This document shows, in pieces, positions 9,816 through 19,624 of a DNA stretch of 64,000 nucleotides. The notes under the pieces were generated by a model that saw only the letters and a program-made list of their open reading frames with translations, was not told where the DNA came from and searched no databases. Every line of letters starts with the position of its first letter. Position 1 is the stretch's first letter. Position numbers and translations under genes: made by a program. The DNA is from an uncultured Polynucleobacter sp. (GTDB taxonomy: Bacteria; Bdellovibrionota_B; Oligoflexia; Oligoflexales; RGVZ01). Where the stretch lies: positions 39,730 to 103,729 of the forward strand of contig CAYOEM010000005.1 of assembly GCA_964402975.1 (NCBI GenBank), in the 5' to 3' direction.

Positions 9816-10931
9816 CTATTGGAAATCGTATCCGGGATAAATTATGCCAGCCTTCTCAAAATCAAACCAGTCCATGAAATCATTCTTGCTATCAACGGAC
9901 CATGGATCTCCTTCAATGCCTGTTTCATCATAGGCACCGGGCTCGCTACGTCTCGCCTCATACTTGACAGCAGTATTCCACTCACGAATTTGCAATCGGA
10001 TCTCTGCTAATGTTTCGCCGGCCGAATCTTGACATGAGACCCTATAGTAGGGATTGCCGTACGCCTCAACGTTACCAGATGGATCGATATCGTAATTAAA
10101 TGCCGTAGGTTCCTTGCCTCCATGCTGAGTGGGATCAAAAAAGTTCGAAATCCATCCCGTGCCGACTCCGTGGACGGCCAACGGTTCAAAACTATAGGCA
10201 GCACTGATACCTTTGTTTTTCACAAAAGACGTTGTAGCCAAGGGAACTCCCATAGCATCTTTCGATTGAGTTGTTGTCGCTGGACCGCCCAGACATTTTC
10301 CGAGGGTTCGATTGACATGCTCAGTTACTGGGGCACCATATTTGTTGATGGCAGGATCCCAGATGAATGTCGTCTGCGGGTATTCACCAATGCAACATTC
10401 GGGAGTACCACCAGGGCTATAACACCCAAAATCAGTGGAATCCACGATGCCGTCCGTATTGGTATCGATTCCCACAGTCCCCGTCTTGTCAATGAAACGC
10501 GTTAGCGAGCTCGTGCGTTTGGACAGTCGGTTCACAAAGTAAAATGGCTCAAATACAACAAACGAGCACATGCTCTTTGGTACATGATAATGAAAAGAAA
10601 ACCCGATCGTAGACAAGGTCAGCTCTTCAGCATCCACATAACAATCAGTAACCTGACCAAGATCACCCTTACAAGGCTCATCAAAGGTCGAAAGACCCTT
10701 ATGAAGGTTGAATTTAGTTCGCACATCGCGGTCGCTGATCAACTGAACAAAAAATCCAGCCTTATCATCTACTTTGCCCACCATCGGCAAAGCCGGAGCC
10801 GCATTTGCGTCGGACCCCGTTTTGTTTGATTCTGACTCTGCTGAACGGCAACCCGGAGCTAATACAACCGCGACCAAAAGAATTGGTGCCCATAGACGTA
10901 ACAATAAACCGCTACCGATAACGCTGGTCAT
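9816..10931 (-). CDS. Cys-rich hypothetical lipoprotein with DxNxDG motif
   Basis: GGGAG RBS before ATG 10931; lipobox LAPGC; DTNTDGIVD. Confidence 0.75.
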   Translation of the reverse strand: MTSVIGSGLLLRLWAPILLVAVVLAPGCRSAESESNKTGSDANAAPALPMVGKVDDKAGFFVQLISDRDVRTKFNLHKGLSTFDEPCKGDLGQVTDCYVDAEELTLSTIGFSFHYHVPKSMCSFVVFEPFYFVNRLSKRTSSLTRFIDKTGTVGIDTNTDGIVDSTDFGCYSPGGTPECCIGEYPQTTFIWDPAINKYGAPVTEHVNRTLGKCLGGPATTTQSKDAMGVPLATTSFVKNKGISAAYSFEPLAVHGVGTGWISNFFDPTQHGGKEPTAFNYDIDPSGNVEAYGNPYYRVSCQDSAGETLAEIRLQIREWNTAVKYEARRSEPGAYDETGIEGDPWSVDSKNDFMDWFDFEKAGIIYPGYDFQ

Positions 10932-10987
10932 ATCAGGCTCCCTAAAATTCGCTAAATGGCGCAAAATTTAGGCTAAGTCTGACATAT

Positions 10988-11014
10988 TTATCTGTTTGGT
11001 AACAAGCAAATTTA
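10988..11014 (-). promoter_or_regulatory. Putative sigma28-type promoter immediately 3' of tRNA-Leu
   Basis: Minus strand reads TAAA-N15-ACAGATAA (6/8 match to GCCGATAA). Confidence 0.5.
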
Positions 11015-11019
11015 AAGAT

Positions 11020-11106
11020 TGGTGCTCGGAGTGAGAATCGAACTCACAAGGTCTTGCAACCGGTGGATTTTGAGTCCACTGCGTCTACCAGTTCCGCCAT
11101 CCGAGC
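11020..11106 (-). tRNA. tRNA-Leu(CAA)
   Basis: Reverse complement GCTCGGA...TGGTAGACGC-A-GTGGA-CTCAAAA-TCCAC, long variable arm, GTGAG-TTCGATT-CTCAC-TCCGAGC-A-CCA; 87 nt with encoded CCA. Confidence 0.97.
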
Positions 11107-11236
11107 GCGGGAAAGCTCCAGACTATAAAGCATCTTAGAACATCAAATCAAGTGATTTCACGCCGGGAGCTTATCAACTTTATCAGTGTTATCAGCATAT
11201 TAATTCAGCAAAAAGAGCTGCACCAAAAAACGCTGA

Positions 11237-12343
11237 CTACAGAATACCCTTTAAGATGGCGCCCGCTACCTTACCCTGCCCCCGGGCCGACAGGTGAAAG
11301 CAATCACCTGCCACGTCCTCGCCAGCAAAGCGCACTTGCTCAGGTCCATCCAAGTAAACGGCCTCAAAAGCCTTACCAGGATACCGGCGGCCTCGCCATT
11401 CGTTAAAATCGGTTACTGCTTTTTTTTGAGCATCCCGGTAAGCCCGGATTCGGTTTGCTAGAAGTGTCTGCTTTGCTGCGTCTTGGGCTGCGGGGTGAAA
11501 AAGCGTCGGACAAAGCAATACAGGACTAGGGGGAATGAAATTCTTAAAAACTTGATATCGGCCATCATCAAGCCCTTCACTAGACTCCCCTCGGGCCGCA
11601 AACATCTTTGACCTAGCATCTTTACAGGTCATCTCTTCACCGTTTAATTTTATTTTATGCTCCAAAATCGACGGCTCATTAATGAGGGAGGTCACCGGAA
11701 GAAATGCCGGAAGAAAGATCTTGGAACCACGTGCTGGCGTGTGGGCATTGATCACGAGATACTTCATGCCCGACAAAAGGTTATCCCCGTATTCATCCGC
11801 TGACGTAATTTCTTCATAATTTTGTGCACACAAATCATTACCGCTGTAGAGCAAAATAATCCGCTCGGGGACATCACCATTTCGTGCTCCGATAAGTCTT
11901 GAAGCATGCATCCAAGCACGACTTGCTCTAGCCCCATTCTCACCAGCTAGTAAAATATCTTTGGGTGCGACACCCAAGGCAAGGCCCACAAAATAGCCGA
12001 ACGAAAGACGATGTTCCTCCAGCGTCCGGGCTGACACGAGCTGCGTCACGTTGTGCCAAAGCCAACCGGAACCACCGTCATTTTCTCTGACAGAGGGCTG
12101 AACACGCGTTGGAGATTCAAGGCCTTTTGCAAATTTTCTAAACTCAGGCGGCACATGATCTGCCTGTACATCAAGATTGCTTTTACCATTAAAAATTTCC
12201 CATATCTTCCAGGAGTCAAACTCCATTTCAGGGTGCGCAGCTGCCCCCGTGGACATGCTATCACCCAAAATAGCGACACCTTCAAAGGCCTGCGCGGGAT
12301 TCACGCAGAGTAGACTCATGACAATCAAAAAAAGTCGTTTCAC
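11237..12343 (-). CDS. Secreted SGNH/GDSL hydrolase
   Basis: LGDSMSTG (block I), SGNDLC (block III), DCFHLS (block V); signal peptide. Confidence 0.88.
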   Translation of the reverse strand: MKRLFLIVMSLLCVNPAQAFEGVAILGDSMSTGAAAHPEMEFDSWKIWEIFNGKSNLDVQADHVPPEFRKFAKGLESPTRVQPSVRENDGGSGWLWHNVTQLVSARTLEEHRLSFGYFVGLALGVAPKDILLAGENGARASRAWMHASRLIGARNGDVPERIILLYSGNDLCAQNYEEITSADEYGDNLLSGMKYLVINAHTPARGSKIFLPAFLPVTSLINEPSILEHKIKLNGEEMTCKDARSKMFAARGESSEGLDDGRYQVFKNFIPPSPVLLCPTLFHPAAQDAAKQTLLANRIRAYRDAQKKAVTDFNEWRGRRYPGKAFEAVYLDGPEQVRFAGEDVAGDCFHLSARGQGKVAGAILKGIL

Positions 12344-12349
12344 TTGCGT

Positions 12350-13804
12350 CTAGTCCTTTTTTAAAAACCTACGAACAAGATTAGGCATTTGTTTTGCAAG
12401 GGCGACGATATCGCTAAAGCTTGGATCTGCCGCCCGGAAAAGGACAGGCCCCGCCACCATAGCAAACGGTACGTTAGCGTCAATGCCCCGGGCAAGGCCT
12501 TCAATTGTCATTAAACTTTTCGCCATAAGTAAAAGTCCCGCTGGCATGGGTATGCCCAGTCTATCAGCCCCATCAAGGGCAGCTTCAACCATTTGATTCA
12601 AAGAGGGAGCCTCGCCGTTTGCCGCCTGTGAATCCTCAACAAGCTTTATCATCTTTCTTAATTCAAGGCGGATTTTGTCGCGGTCAATACTCTTACCCGT
12701 CGACTCCCGACCCATCTCACTTAAAACGTCTATCAACTTTTCAATATCAAGAGCCATGACTGCTTTGAGAATACCGGCAATGAATCGTCGATCCGTATCA
12801 AGAAGTTCTCCAGCGAGTCCCCAATCATAGAGGCCCACGGTTCCATCTTCCAGCAGCATGAGATTGCCAGCATGTGGATCTGCGTGAAATAAGCCCCACT
12901 CAAAAATCTGCACAAGAAGCTCGTTCAGAAGCTTTTTGGCAATACTTTTACGCATTCTTGGCTCAAGTTCCACTTTGCCTGAAATGATATCGCTCAGTTT
13001 AATGCCATTTAATCGCTCCATGACAATGACGGACCTACTGCCTAGCCGAGGATGGAGCTGCGGGACACAAAGAGATTTCTGCCCTTTGGAAACAATCAAT
13101 TCCTGCACCCTAGTCATGGTTTCTCGTTCGTGATCAAGATTCATCTCACGTCGCAAGCTCTCGCACAGATCCTTGACATCTATTAAAAATCTTCTCGACA
13201 ACCTTGTTACTGCAAACGGTTCGGCAACCAGCACAGCCGACTCGATGGCCGAGACGGACTCGGTTAATCTCAAAGTCGCTGAAGGCTTCAGAAGTTTTAC
13301 AACCCAAGAGCGCCCCTCCATATCAACAGCCCCATGCACCTGTGACATGCTAGCAACACCTAAAGGTTTACTCTCCATCTTGAGTTCGTCCCGCCAATCG
13401 GGGACGTCCCGGTCCAAAATAAGTTGCACGTCGTCCCAAGCCAACGGCGGCCAATCCCCGTAAACCCGGTCAAGTTTGAGCATGTCAATGACCGGGACAG
13501 CTTCTTTTCCCATCCTGGATAGCCAAACCTGCATGGCCTTACCGTACAAAGGCCCCCACGCATCAATGACGCCAAGCAGAGCATCTCCAACGATGGCAAA
13601 CACCTTTGCGTCGCTCCATGGAACAAGGGAAGAGTCCTTCACCACGGCCTTAGCAAATTTTATGGGTAGACCAATCGCCGCATGAGTCAACCAACCCGAA
13701 CCAAGTCGCCAAAGCTCCCATGGTATGGCAAACGGCGAAAACTGGGCGCGAGCGCGATCATCGACAGAGGATGAACTGGGTTTTTCTTGGTCTGAGTCTG
13801 ACAT
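12350..13804 (-). CDS. ABC1/AarF/UbiB-family atypical kinase
   Basis: PLGVASMSQVH, VVKL, EMNL, FHADPHAGN, DWG. Confidence 0.9.
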   Translation of the reverse strand: MSDSDQEKPSSSSVDDRARAQFSPFAIPWELWRLGSGWLTHAAIGLPIKFAKAVVKDSSLVPWSDAKVFAIVGDALLGVIDAWGPLYGKAMQVWLSRMGKEAVPVIDMLKLDRVYGDWPPLAWDDVQLILDRDVPDWRDELKMESKPLGVASMSQVHGAVDMEGRSWVVKLLKPSATLRLTESVSAIESAVLVAEPFAVTRLSRRFLIDVKDLCESLRREMNLDHERETMTRVQELIVSKGQKSLCVPQLHPRLGSRSVIVMERLNGIKLSDIISGKVELEPRMRKSIAKKLLNELLVQIFEWGLFHADPHAGNLMLLEDGTVGLYDWGLAGELLDTDRRFIAGILKAVMALDIEKLIDVLSEMGRESTGKSIDRDKIRLELRKMIKLVEDSQAANGEAPSLNQMVEAALDGADRLGIPMPAGLLLMAKSLMTIEGLARGIDANVPFAMVAGPVLFRAADPSFSDIVALAKQMPNLVRRFLKKD

Positions 13805-13956
13805 TAAAAGTACTTCTTAAGGATTCTGCCAACCCCATGATTGGCACGTGTATTTTCTTTCCCAATCCCTTATAATGAATCACAAAATAAATAATTGGTA
13901 GTACTTTACCACTATTCCAAGGGCGTTGTTCAACTTTAGAAAAGGTAGCACATTGA

Positions 13957-14730
13957 ATGCAAACCAAAGAGGAAATCGTCAGAAATTGGCTGCCCCGTTA
14001 CACAGGCACTCCGATTGACGAGTTTGGTGAATATATACTTCTGACAAATTTTGCAAACTACGTCACCATTTTCGCCAATAAATTCAAATCCCAGGTCCGA
14101 GGCCTCGATAAATCCATGCAGACGTCGACAAATAAAGACGGGCTGACAATCGTTAACTTTGGGATGGGGTCCGCGAATGCAGCGACAGTTATGGATCTCA
14201 TGACAGCCATAAAGCCCAAAGGTGTTCTGTTTTTGGGCAAATGTGGGGGCCTGAAACACTCCACCGAAATCGGGCATTTTATCCTACCCATGGCAGCCAT
14301 CCGCGGCGAGGGAACAAGCAATGACTACCTTCCCCCCGAAGTGCCTGCCATGCCTTCATTTAAGCTGCACAAATTCGTCTCAGATAAATTAATGCATAAG
14401 GGTTTGGAGTATCGGACTGGCGTCGTTTATACGACCAATCGCAGAGTTTGGGAGCACGATATTGCGTTCAAAGAACGTTTGCGAAAACTTAAACCCATTG
14501 CAATTGATATGGAGACCGCAACCATTTTCTCAGTCGGACTCGCTAACGACATTCCACGAGGAGCTTTACTTCTAGTGTCCGACGTACCCATGACTCCCGA
14601 AGGTGTTAAAACGGAAGAAAGTGACAAAAAAGTAACCAGCGAGTTCGTGGACCTGCACTTGGAAATCGGCATCCAAGCGATGACCGAAATCGGCGCAAAT
14701 GGTGAAAAGATCAAACACTTCAAATTTTGA
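13957..14730 (+). CDS. amn: AMP nucleosidase (short form, PNP_UDP_1 family)
   Basis: NWLPRYTG, NFGMGSANAAT, FLGKCGGL, IRGEGTS, IDMETAT, GALLLVSD. Confidence 0.92.
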   Translation: MQTKEEIVRNWLPRYTGTPIDEFGEYILLTNFANYVTIFANKFKSQVRGLDKSMQTSTNKDGLTIVNFGMGSANAATVMDLMTAIKPKGVLFLGKCGGLKHSTEIGHFILPMAAIRGEGTSNDYLPPEVPAMPSFKLHKFVSDKLMHKGLEYRTGVVYTTNRRVWEHDIAFKERLRKLKPIAIDMETATIFSVGLANDIPRGALLLVSDVPMTPEGVKTEESDKKVTSEFVDLHLEIGIQAMTEIGANGEKIKHFKF

Positions 14731-14776
14731 CGATCGATGCCCAAGACATCCAAACTGCCTTCGAAGCAACAGCTGA

Positions 14777-16018
14777 ATGATCATGAAAAGCAACAACGCC
14801 ATACTCCACAGCACAAGCCGATTTGCTCTAATTCTATGCCTTTGCTTTAGACCTCTTATGGCCCAACCGGCAGATGGGCTTACGAAAACTTATAAATTGG
14901 AATCACTGGAAGTCAGCGGATCATCACGATTAAGTCCCGAGCAGATTCGCGAACAGTTACGCATCTCGGACACTACGACACTGTCCGACGAATGGCTCGC
15001 CGAGGCCAGAACCAAACTGCTAGGGCTTGCAGTGTACAAATACGTCTTTTTTTCTTTAAAAAAGGGCTCTAATCCCGGCTACGCGAAATTAATTATTACG
15101 GCCTATGACGATGATGAAGTCCTCTCTGATTGGGCTACCGGTGGAGAATTCGGTCTCTCCTTGGTCAAACCGGCACCTGATCTTGGAGACGACTCCCCCG
15201 TGCGCAGTTACAGATTCGGTCTTGTTGCCCGAAATCTGTTGAGACGATCACATCGAGGCGCGTTAATCACCGACCTCGACACAAATGGCAACTTAATCTT
15301 CGGATCGATGGCTTACGGTTTGCCGCGCTTTGTTTCAGAAGCGATACAATTTGATGCCGCAATTGTTGTAACTGACCCGAGTCAAAGATATCTGGAAACA
15401 GAGGCCTTTGGTATGAAAGGCCAAACTCTCTGGACGAGGCAAAGGTGGGGCCTAGACGTCACTTACGGCCTTGCTTGGTACTCTAACCGTCACGAACGCT
15501 ACCGAGTCGATCACTGGCCCACGTTGGTGTCTGGGCCAAAATTCGGCGTCGTTCGCGAAACACGCCTACTCAGCTTTCTACCGCAACCTGGCTACAAAGC
15601 TGCTATCTCCATCGTGCCATCTCTTGTAAATCGGGAACATGCAACAATAGAAGCCGAGGCGCTTCGAACCGAGCCGATTAGAGACATGCTGGCACTAACT
15701 GCCGCAGGTAAATTGGTACAAGTTGGTCGCGGCGCAACAACTTTACGAGGCGAGGTAAAAATAGAATTACCTGTCACAACATCGAGTCATGGTTTGCGGT
15801 CCATTCTATATTTTTCACGTCGACTCGGCCGAGACCAATTTCAGTCATTCAAACACTCTGGTAGTGAAACCATTGCTGGTTACAGGTATCACTCGACTGG
15901 ATTTATTGGTGACATCAATTTCAAGTTGGCCTCAGAAAATCCGTTTGCAAAACATTGGGAAAAATCACCAGTATCCGAGTTCGAATCAAGGTCCGCAGAG
16001 GTCGGTGACCTCCCATGA
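14777..16018 (+). CDS. POTRA-domain plus putative beta-barrel outer-membrane protein (Omp85-like, divergent)
   Basis: Signal peptide; LESLEVSGSSRLS...LLGLAVYKYV POTRA pattern; ARNLL.R.H motif; alternating amphipathic strands. Confidence 0.6.
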   Translation: MIMKSNNAILHSTSRFALILCLCFRPLMAQPADGLTKTYKLESLEVSGSSRLSPEQIREQLRISDTTTLSDEWLAEARTKLLGLAVYKYVFFSLKKGSNPGYAKLIITAYDDDEVLSDWATGGEFGLSLVKPAPDLGDDSPVRSYRFGLVARNLLRRSHRGALITDLDTNGNLIFGSMAYGLPRFVSEAIQFDAAIVVTDPSQRYLETEAFGMKGQTLWTRQRWGLDVTYGLAWYSNRHERYRVDHWPTLVSGPKFGVVRETRLLSFLPQPGYKAAISIVPSLVNREHATIEAEALRTEPIRDMLALTAAGKLVQVGRGATTLRGEVKIELPVTTSSHGLRSILYFSRRLGRDQFQSFKHSGSETIAGYRYHSTGFIGDINFKLASENPFAKHWEKSPVSEFESRSAEVGDLP

Positions 16019-16677
16019 AAACATGGACTTTGGCGGCAATCATCCTCATCTCAATTATCCTGGCGCAGACTCTTGAGGCCGCCGGTCAAACTCAGATTGT
16101 AAACCACACGGCAAGCTGGGATCTCAAAAGCTCCTCAGCGGTTTTGGTTATCGATATCAGTGACCTACTCAGCAACGAGCAAAAAGACATTGTTAATTCT
16201 GGGTTTAGCACATTCACAGTCCTGGGAGTATCCGAGCAGAAACTTAAGCCGGAGGAATCTACACAAAAGCTGCGTCTAGTGTGCCGTGTCAAATACGACA
16301 CTTGGGAGGAACGCTACCAGACGACTCGCCTAGAGCCGCTACCCGCACGGACCTTTAATAGCTCCAACATGCAATCGTGGGGACAGGAGTGCCTGAAATA
16401 CCGTATCCCAATTTCAGAGCTACCTGTATCGATAAAAAACGGGGGCAAATTGTTTGCCACTTTTCAGGTTCGGCAATCTTCGCCTGACGAAGCTTTGAAA
16501 ATAAAAAACTGGTTAGTCAATCAGCAATCCGGATTCATGCAGGGACTATATTCCCACATGTTAGGTGACTTGCAATTAGGTGGACGCACGGAAATCACCA
16601 TTGATGTACCAAAGCATCCAACAAGCGCCGGCCCAAAAAAAGACTTAAACCCCAAATCAATTAGACAGGTAAAATAG
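16015..16677 (+). CDS. Periplasmic DUF4390-like protein
   Basis: Signal peptide; IVNSGFST and VKYDTWEERY motifs; directly upstream of an NtrY-like kinase. Confidence 0.55.
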   Translation: MKTWTLAAIILISIILAQTLEAAGQTQIVNHTASWDLKSSSAVLVIDISDLLSNEQKDIVNSGFSTFTVLGVSEQKLKPEESTQKLRLVCRVKYDTWEERYQTTRLEPLPARTFNSSNMQSWGQECLKYRIPISELPVSIKNGGKLFATFQVRQSSPDEALKIKNWLVNQQSGFMQGLYSHMLGDLQLGGRTEITIDVPKHPTSAGPKKDLNPKSIRQVK

Positions 16678-18183
16678 TTGTCAAATTCGAGGCTAAGAAA
16701 AAAAACATCTGCCGCGTTACACCTTCCGCACGTCTCATGGCATCAGTGGAGTGTGGTAAGGCTGGCAGCCATCGCCATGATCACAGTTATCGCTGGATAT
16801 CTTACTGCGGCCATTCTTGCCGTCAAAAGCATTGACCAACTCATTCATATTGCACATGACCCAGCCGTTGAGGCGACAATTACGCGGGGTCTTGAAAGCC
16901 AGAAAGAGGCCTACAAAACAAAACAGGATTTACTAGCGAACAAGCTGCAACAAGTTATAAAAAACCCTTCCAGTATATCAGCAAAAAATCTCGAGGACGC
17001 CCTCCAAAAAGTCGGTACGGCTGATATTTTCACCCAAGAACCTTGGGTTATTGAGCCAACAGGGCGGATACGTAACGCTGCCATTCAATGGAAAACTCGT
17101 TCCGACCTGATTGTTGGCCCCTACTTAGTTCGCTTTCAACAGACCAAAGGCGAAGAGTCCTACCGTCTTAGCGAGGAAGTCCTCCAAAGATACAAAATTA
17201 TCGGATTTGAATTACGCGATAGGATTCGCCCAGCTCTCATCATAGCTTTGTCACTGACACTAGCCGTGATGTGCCTGCTACTGATGGCTGCATTTATATA
17301 TATGACGCTACGAAGCAAGACCAGAATACAAAAACTCGTCCAGGGATTTATAACTTACGCCAAAGGTGATGACGAATTTCGTTTCCAAGCCCACGGTCAC
17401 AACGAGCTCGGCCTGCTAAGTAGACAGTTCAACCGCATGGCTGACGACCTCCAGGAGAATCAAGCACGAACGGTCGGACTTGAGAAACTTGCCTCATGGC
17501 AAACCATCGCTCGGAAAATGGCGCACGAGATAAAAAACCCACTAACACCCATTCAAATTATGATCGGCCAGCTACATCGAAACTATGACGGTCAAAGTAC
17601 GGATTACCAAAAACTTCTAGACAAGGCCCACCACGTCATCCTCGAGGAGGTTTCCGGACTAAGAAGAATGGTGGACGACTTCTCACAATTCGCCCAGCTT
17701 CCATCGCCACGATTGGCCACAAGTAGCGCCACAAAGTGCGCAAAACAAGCGGTACAACTAGCCGAGCACACCTACCAACCACACCAAATCATCTACGAAG
17801 GACCATCTGAAGACGTTATGGCCGAATTTGATGATCAGCTGCTAAAACAAGCGCTGCATAATCTCATTAAAAATGCAGCGGAAGCGGATACGCAGGGAAC
17901 CTCTCCCATCACGGTTCGTCTGCAGCACACGCGAGTCAGCGTCATTTTCGAAGTAGAAGATCTCGGCCCCGGAATCCCCGCTGAGATTAAGGACAGCATC
18001 TTTGAGGCCTACGTCACAACCAAACACACAGGACCGACGCCCGGCATGGGCCTTGGTCTGGCCATTTGCCAAAAAATTGTGCTAGAACATGGTGGTAAGC
18101 TTGCCCTCACCAGCACCCCAGGTAAAACCACGTTCCGAATCACGCTACCGCGGATTCATAAAGGGTTTACAGTTGAAGACTAA
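16678..18183 (+). CDS. HAMP-containing sensor histidine kinase (NtrY-like)
   Basis: Two TM segments; HAMP (NELGLL..FNRM); SWQTIARKMAHEIKNPLTPI; NLIKNA, DLGPGI, GMGLGL. Confidence 0.93.
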   Translation: MSNSRLRKKTSAALHLPHVSWHQWSVVRLAAIAMITVIAGYLTAAILAVKSIDQLIHIAHDPAVEATITRGLESQKEAYKTKQDLLANKLQQVIKNPSSISAKNLEDALQKVGTADIFTQEPWVIEPTGRIRNAAIQWKTRSDLIVGPYLVRFQQTKGEESYRLSEEVLQRYKIIGFELRDRIRPALIIALSLTLAVMCLLLMAAFIYMTLRSKTRIQKLVQGFITYAKGDDEFRFQAHGHNELGLLSRQFNRMADDLQENQARTVGLEKLASWQTIARKMAHEIKNPLTPIQIMIGQLHRNYDGQSTDYQKLLDKAHHVILEEVSGLRRMVDDFSQFAQLPSPRLATSSATKCAKQAVQLAEHTYQPHQIIYEGPSEDVMAEFDDQLLKQALHNLIKNAAEADTQGTSPITVRLQHTRVSVIFEVEDLGPGIPAEIKDSIFEAYVTTKHTGPTPGMGLGLAICQKIVLEHGGKLALTSTPGKTTFRITLPRIHKGFTVED

Positions 18184-19600
18184 AAATAGCCAAATCTCAG
18201 GTGCGCAGGTCCTTATAGTCGACGACCATAGAAACATTCGCATCAGTCTACGCATGACCCTGGAACAAGAGGGTGCGCAGGTCACCGAGGCATCAAACTT
18301 GGTCGAAGCACGTCAAAAACTGAACGCCGAGCAACAATTCCAAAGTCATAAGTTCGACCTGATTTTGCTGGATATCAGACTACCTGATGGAAGCGGTTTG
18401 ATGCTGCTTGAAGATCTAGGAAAAAACTCTCAGGCTAGTCGTGTGGTTGTCATAAGTGGCGACGGCACGGCTTCAGATGCATATAGGGCTACCCAGATTG
18501 GCGCATTCGACTTCATTGAAAAACCATTCACACCAGAACGCGTCCTGGTTAGCGCCTCTCGGTGTCTCGAGTTTAACAAAATTGAAGAAACGAATGCCAA
18601 GCTAGCTAAGGGTCATAGTGACAATGAAATCATAGGTAGCCATCCAAAGATTAAAGAGATTCTCTCTATTATCGCAAAAACCGCTCCAACGTCAGGCCGC
18701 GTATTAATCACAGGCGAAAGTGGAACAGGGAAAGAGCTTATTGCGCGGGAAATCCACAGAATGTCACAGCGAGCCAAAAAAACAATGCTGAAGGTGAACT
18801 GTGCCGCGATACCAAAAAACTTGATGGAGAGCGAGCTTTTTGGGCACGAGAAAGGTGCGTTTACGGGAGCCACAAAAACACGATTGGGTGTCTTCGAACG
18901 TGCAGACGGTGGGACATTGTTTTTAGATGAAATCGGCGAGTTGGACTTAGACGTACAAGCCAAGCTGTTGCGTGTTTTACAAAATGGCGAATTTTCTCGG
19001 GTAGGAGGCGACAAATCCTTAACCAGCGATGTTAGGGTTATATGCGCAACAAATCGCGACCTAAAACAAATGTGCCATTCTGGCAACTTCCGGGAGGACT
19101 TGTTTTACAGGCTTAACGTCATCACGATCCAAAGCCCCTCCCTGCGGGACCGAGCAAGTGACATACCAGAATTGAGCAAACGATTTTTACAAGAGTTCTG
19201 CGAAGAACACTCGCTGGGCCAAAAAGAATTTTCACCTCAGGCGCTGAAACAATTATCTGAATATTCATGGCCCGGAAATGTCCGAGAACTGCGAAACACC
19301 ATCGAGAGATCTGCCATATTTTCAGCCGACACAGTGATTGACCATATCGACGACTTGATCGCTGATCCTAAAATAATTCCAGACTCTACGTCCAACACCA
19401 CCCTTCATGACCACTCCGAAATGCTGGCGTTGCATCTTCCCCCGTCAAGTTGGGAACGCTTCCAGGTTGAATCTGGAAGGCAATTTCTTGAGTACATCCT
19501 TAGAAAAACGAACGGAAATGTCAGCGAAGCCGCAAGGGTTCTGGATGTTGAAAGAGCATATCTACATCGCTTAATGAAAAAACTCGGAATTCACCGCTAA
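18173..19600 (+). CDS. Sigma54-dependent response regulator (NtrC/NtrX family)
   Basis: Receiver (IVDD, LLDIRLPDGSG); GESGTGKE, GAFTGA, LFLDEIGE, WPGNVREL; Fis-type HTH. Confidence 0.95.
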   Translation: MKTKNSQISGAQVLIVDDHRNIRISLRMTLEQEGAQVTEASNLVEARQKLNAEQQFQSHKFDLILLDIRLPDGSGLMLLEDLGKNSQASRVVVISGDGTASDAYRATQIGAFDFIEKPFTPERVLVSASRCLEFNKIEETNAKLAKGHSDNEIIGSHPKIKEILSIIAKTAPTSGRVLITGESGTGKELIAREIHRMSQRAKKTMLKVNCAAIPKNLMESELFGHEKGAFTGATKTRLGVFERADGGTLFLDEIGELDLDVQAKLLRVLQNGEFSRVGGDKSLTSDVRVICATNRDLKQMCHSGNFREDLFYRLNVITIQSPSLRDRASDIPELSKRFLQEFCEEHSLGQKEFSPQALKQLSEYSWPGNVRELRNTIERSAIFSADTVIDHIDDLIADPKIIPDSTSNTTLHDHSEMLALHLPPSSWERFQVESGRQFLEYILRKTNGNVSEAARVLDVERAYLHRLMKKLGIHR

Positions 19601-19624
19601 TTGATTACGAATTGAAAACCAATC

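Noticed and set aside
5420-11106. Integrated element at tRNA-Leu
   Set aside because: No integrase and no duplicated tRNA 3' end (att) found by eye, so not called a mobile element
13957-14730. AMP nucleosidase acting as the missing MqnB/MTAN of the futalosine pathway
   Set aside because: Motifs match the short Amn family specifically and the gene is not linked to mqnD/mqnE
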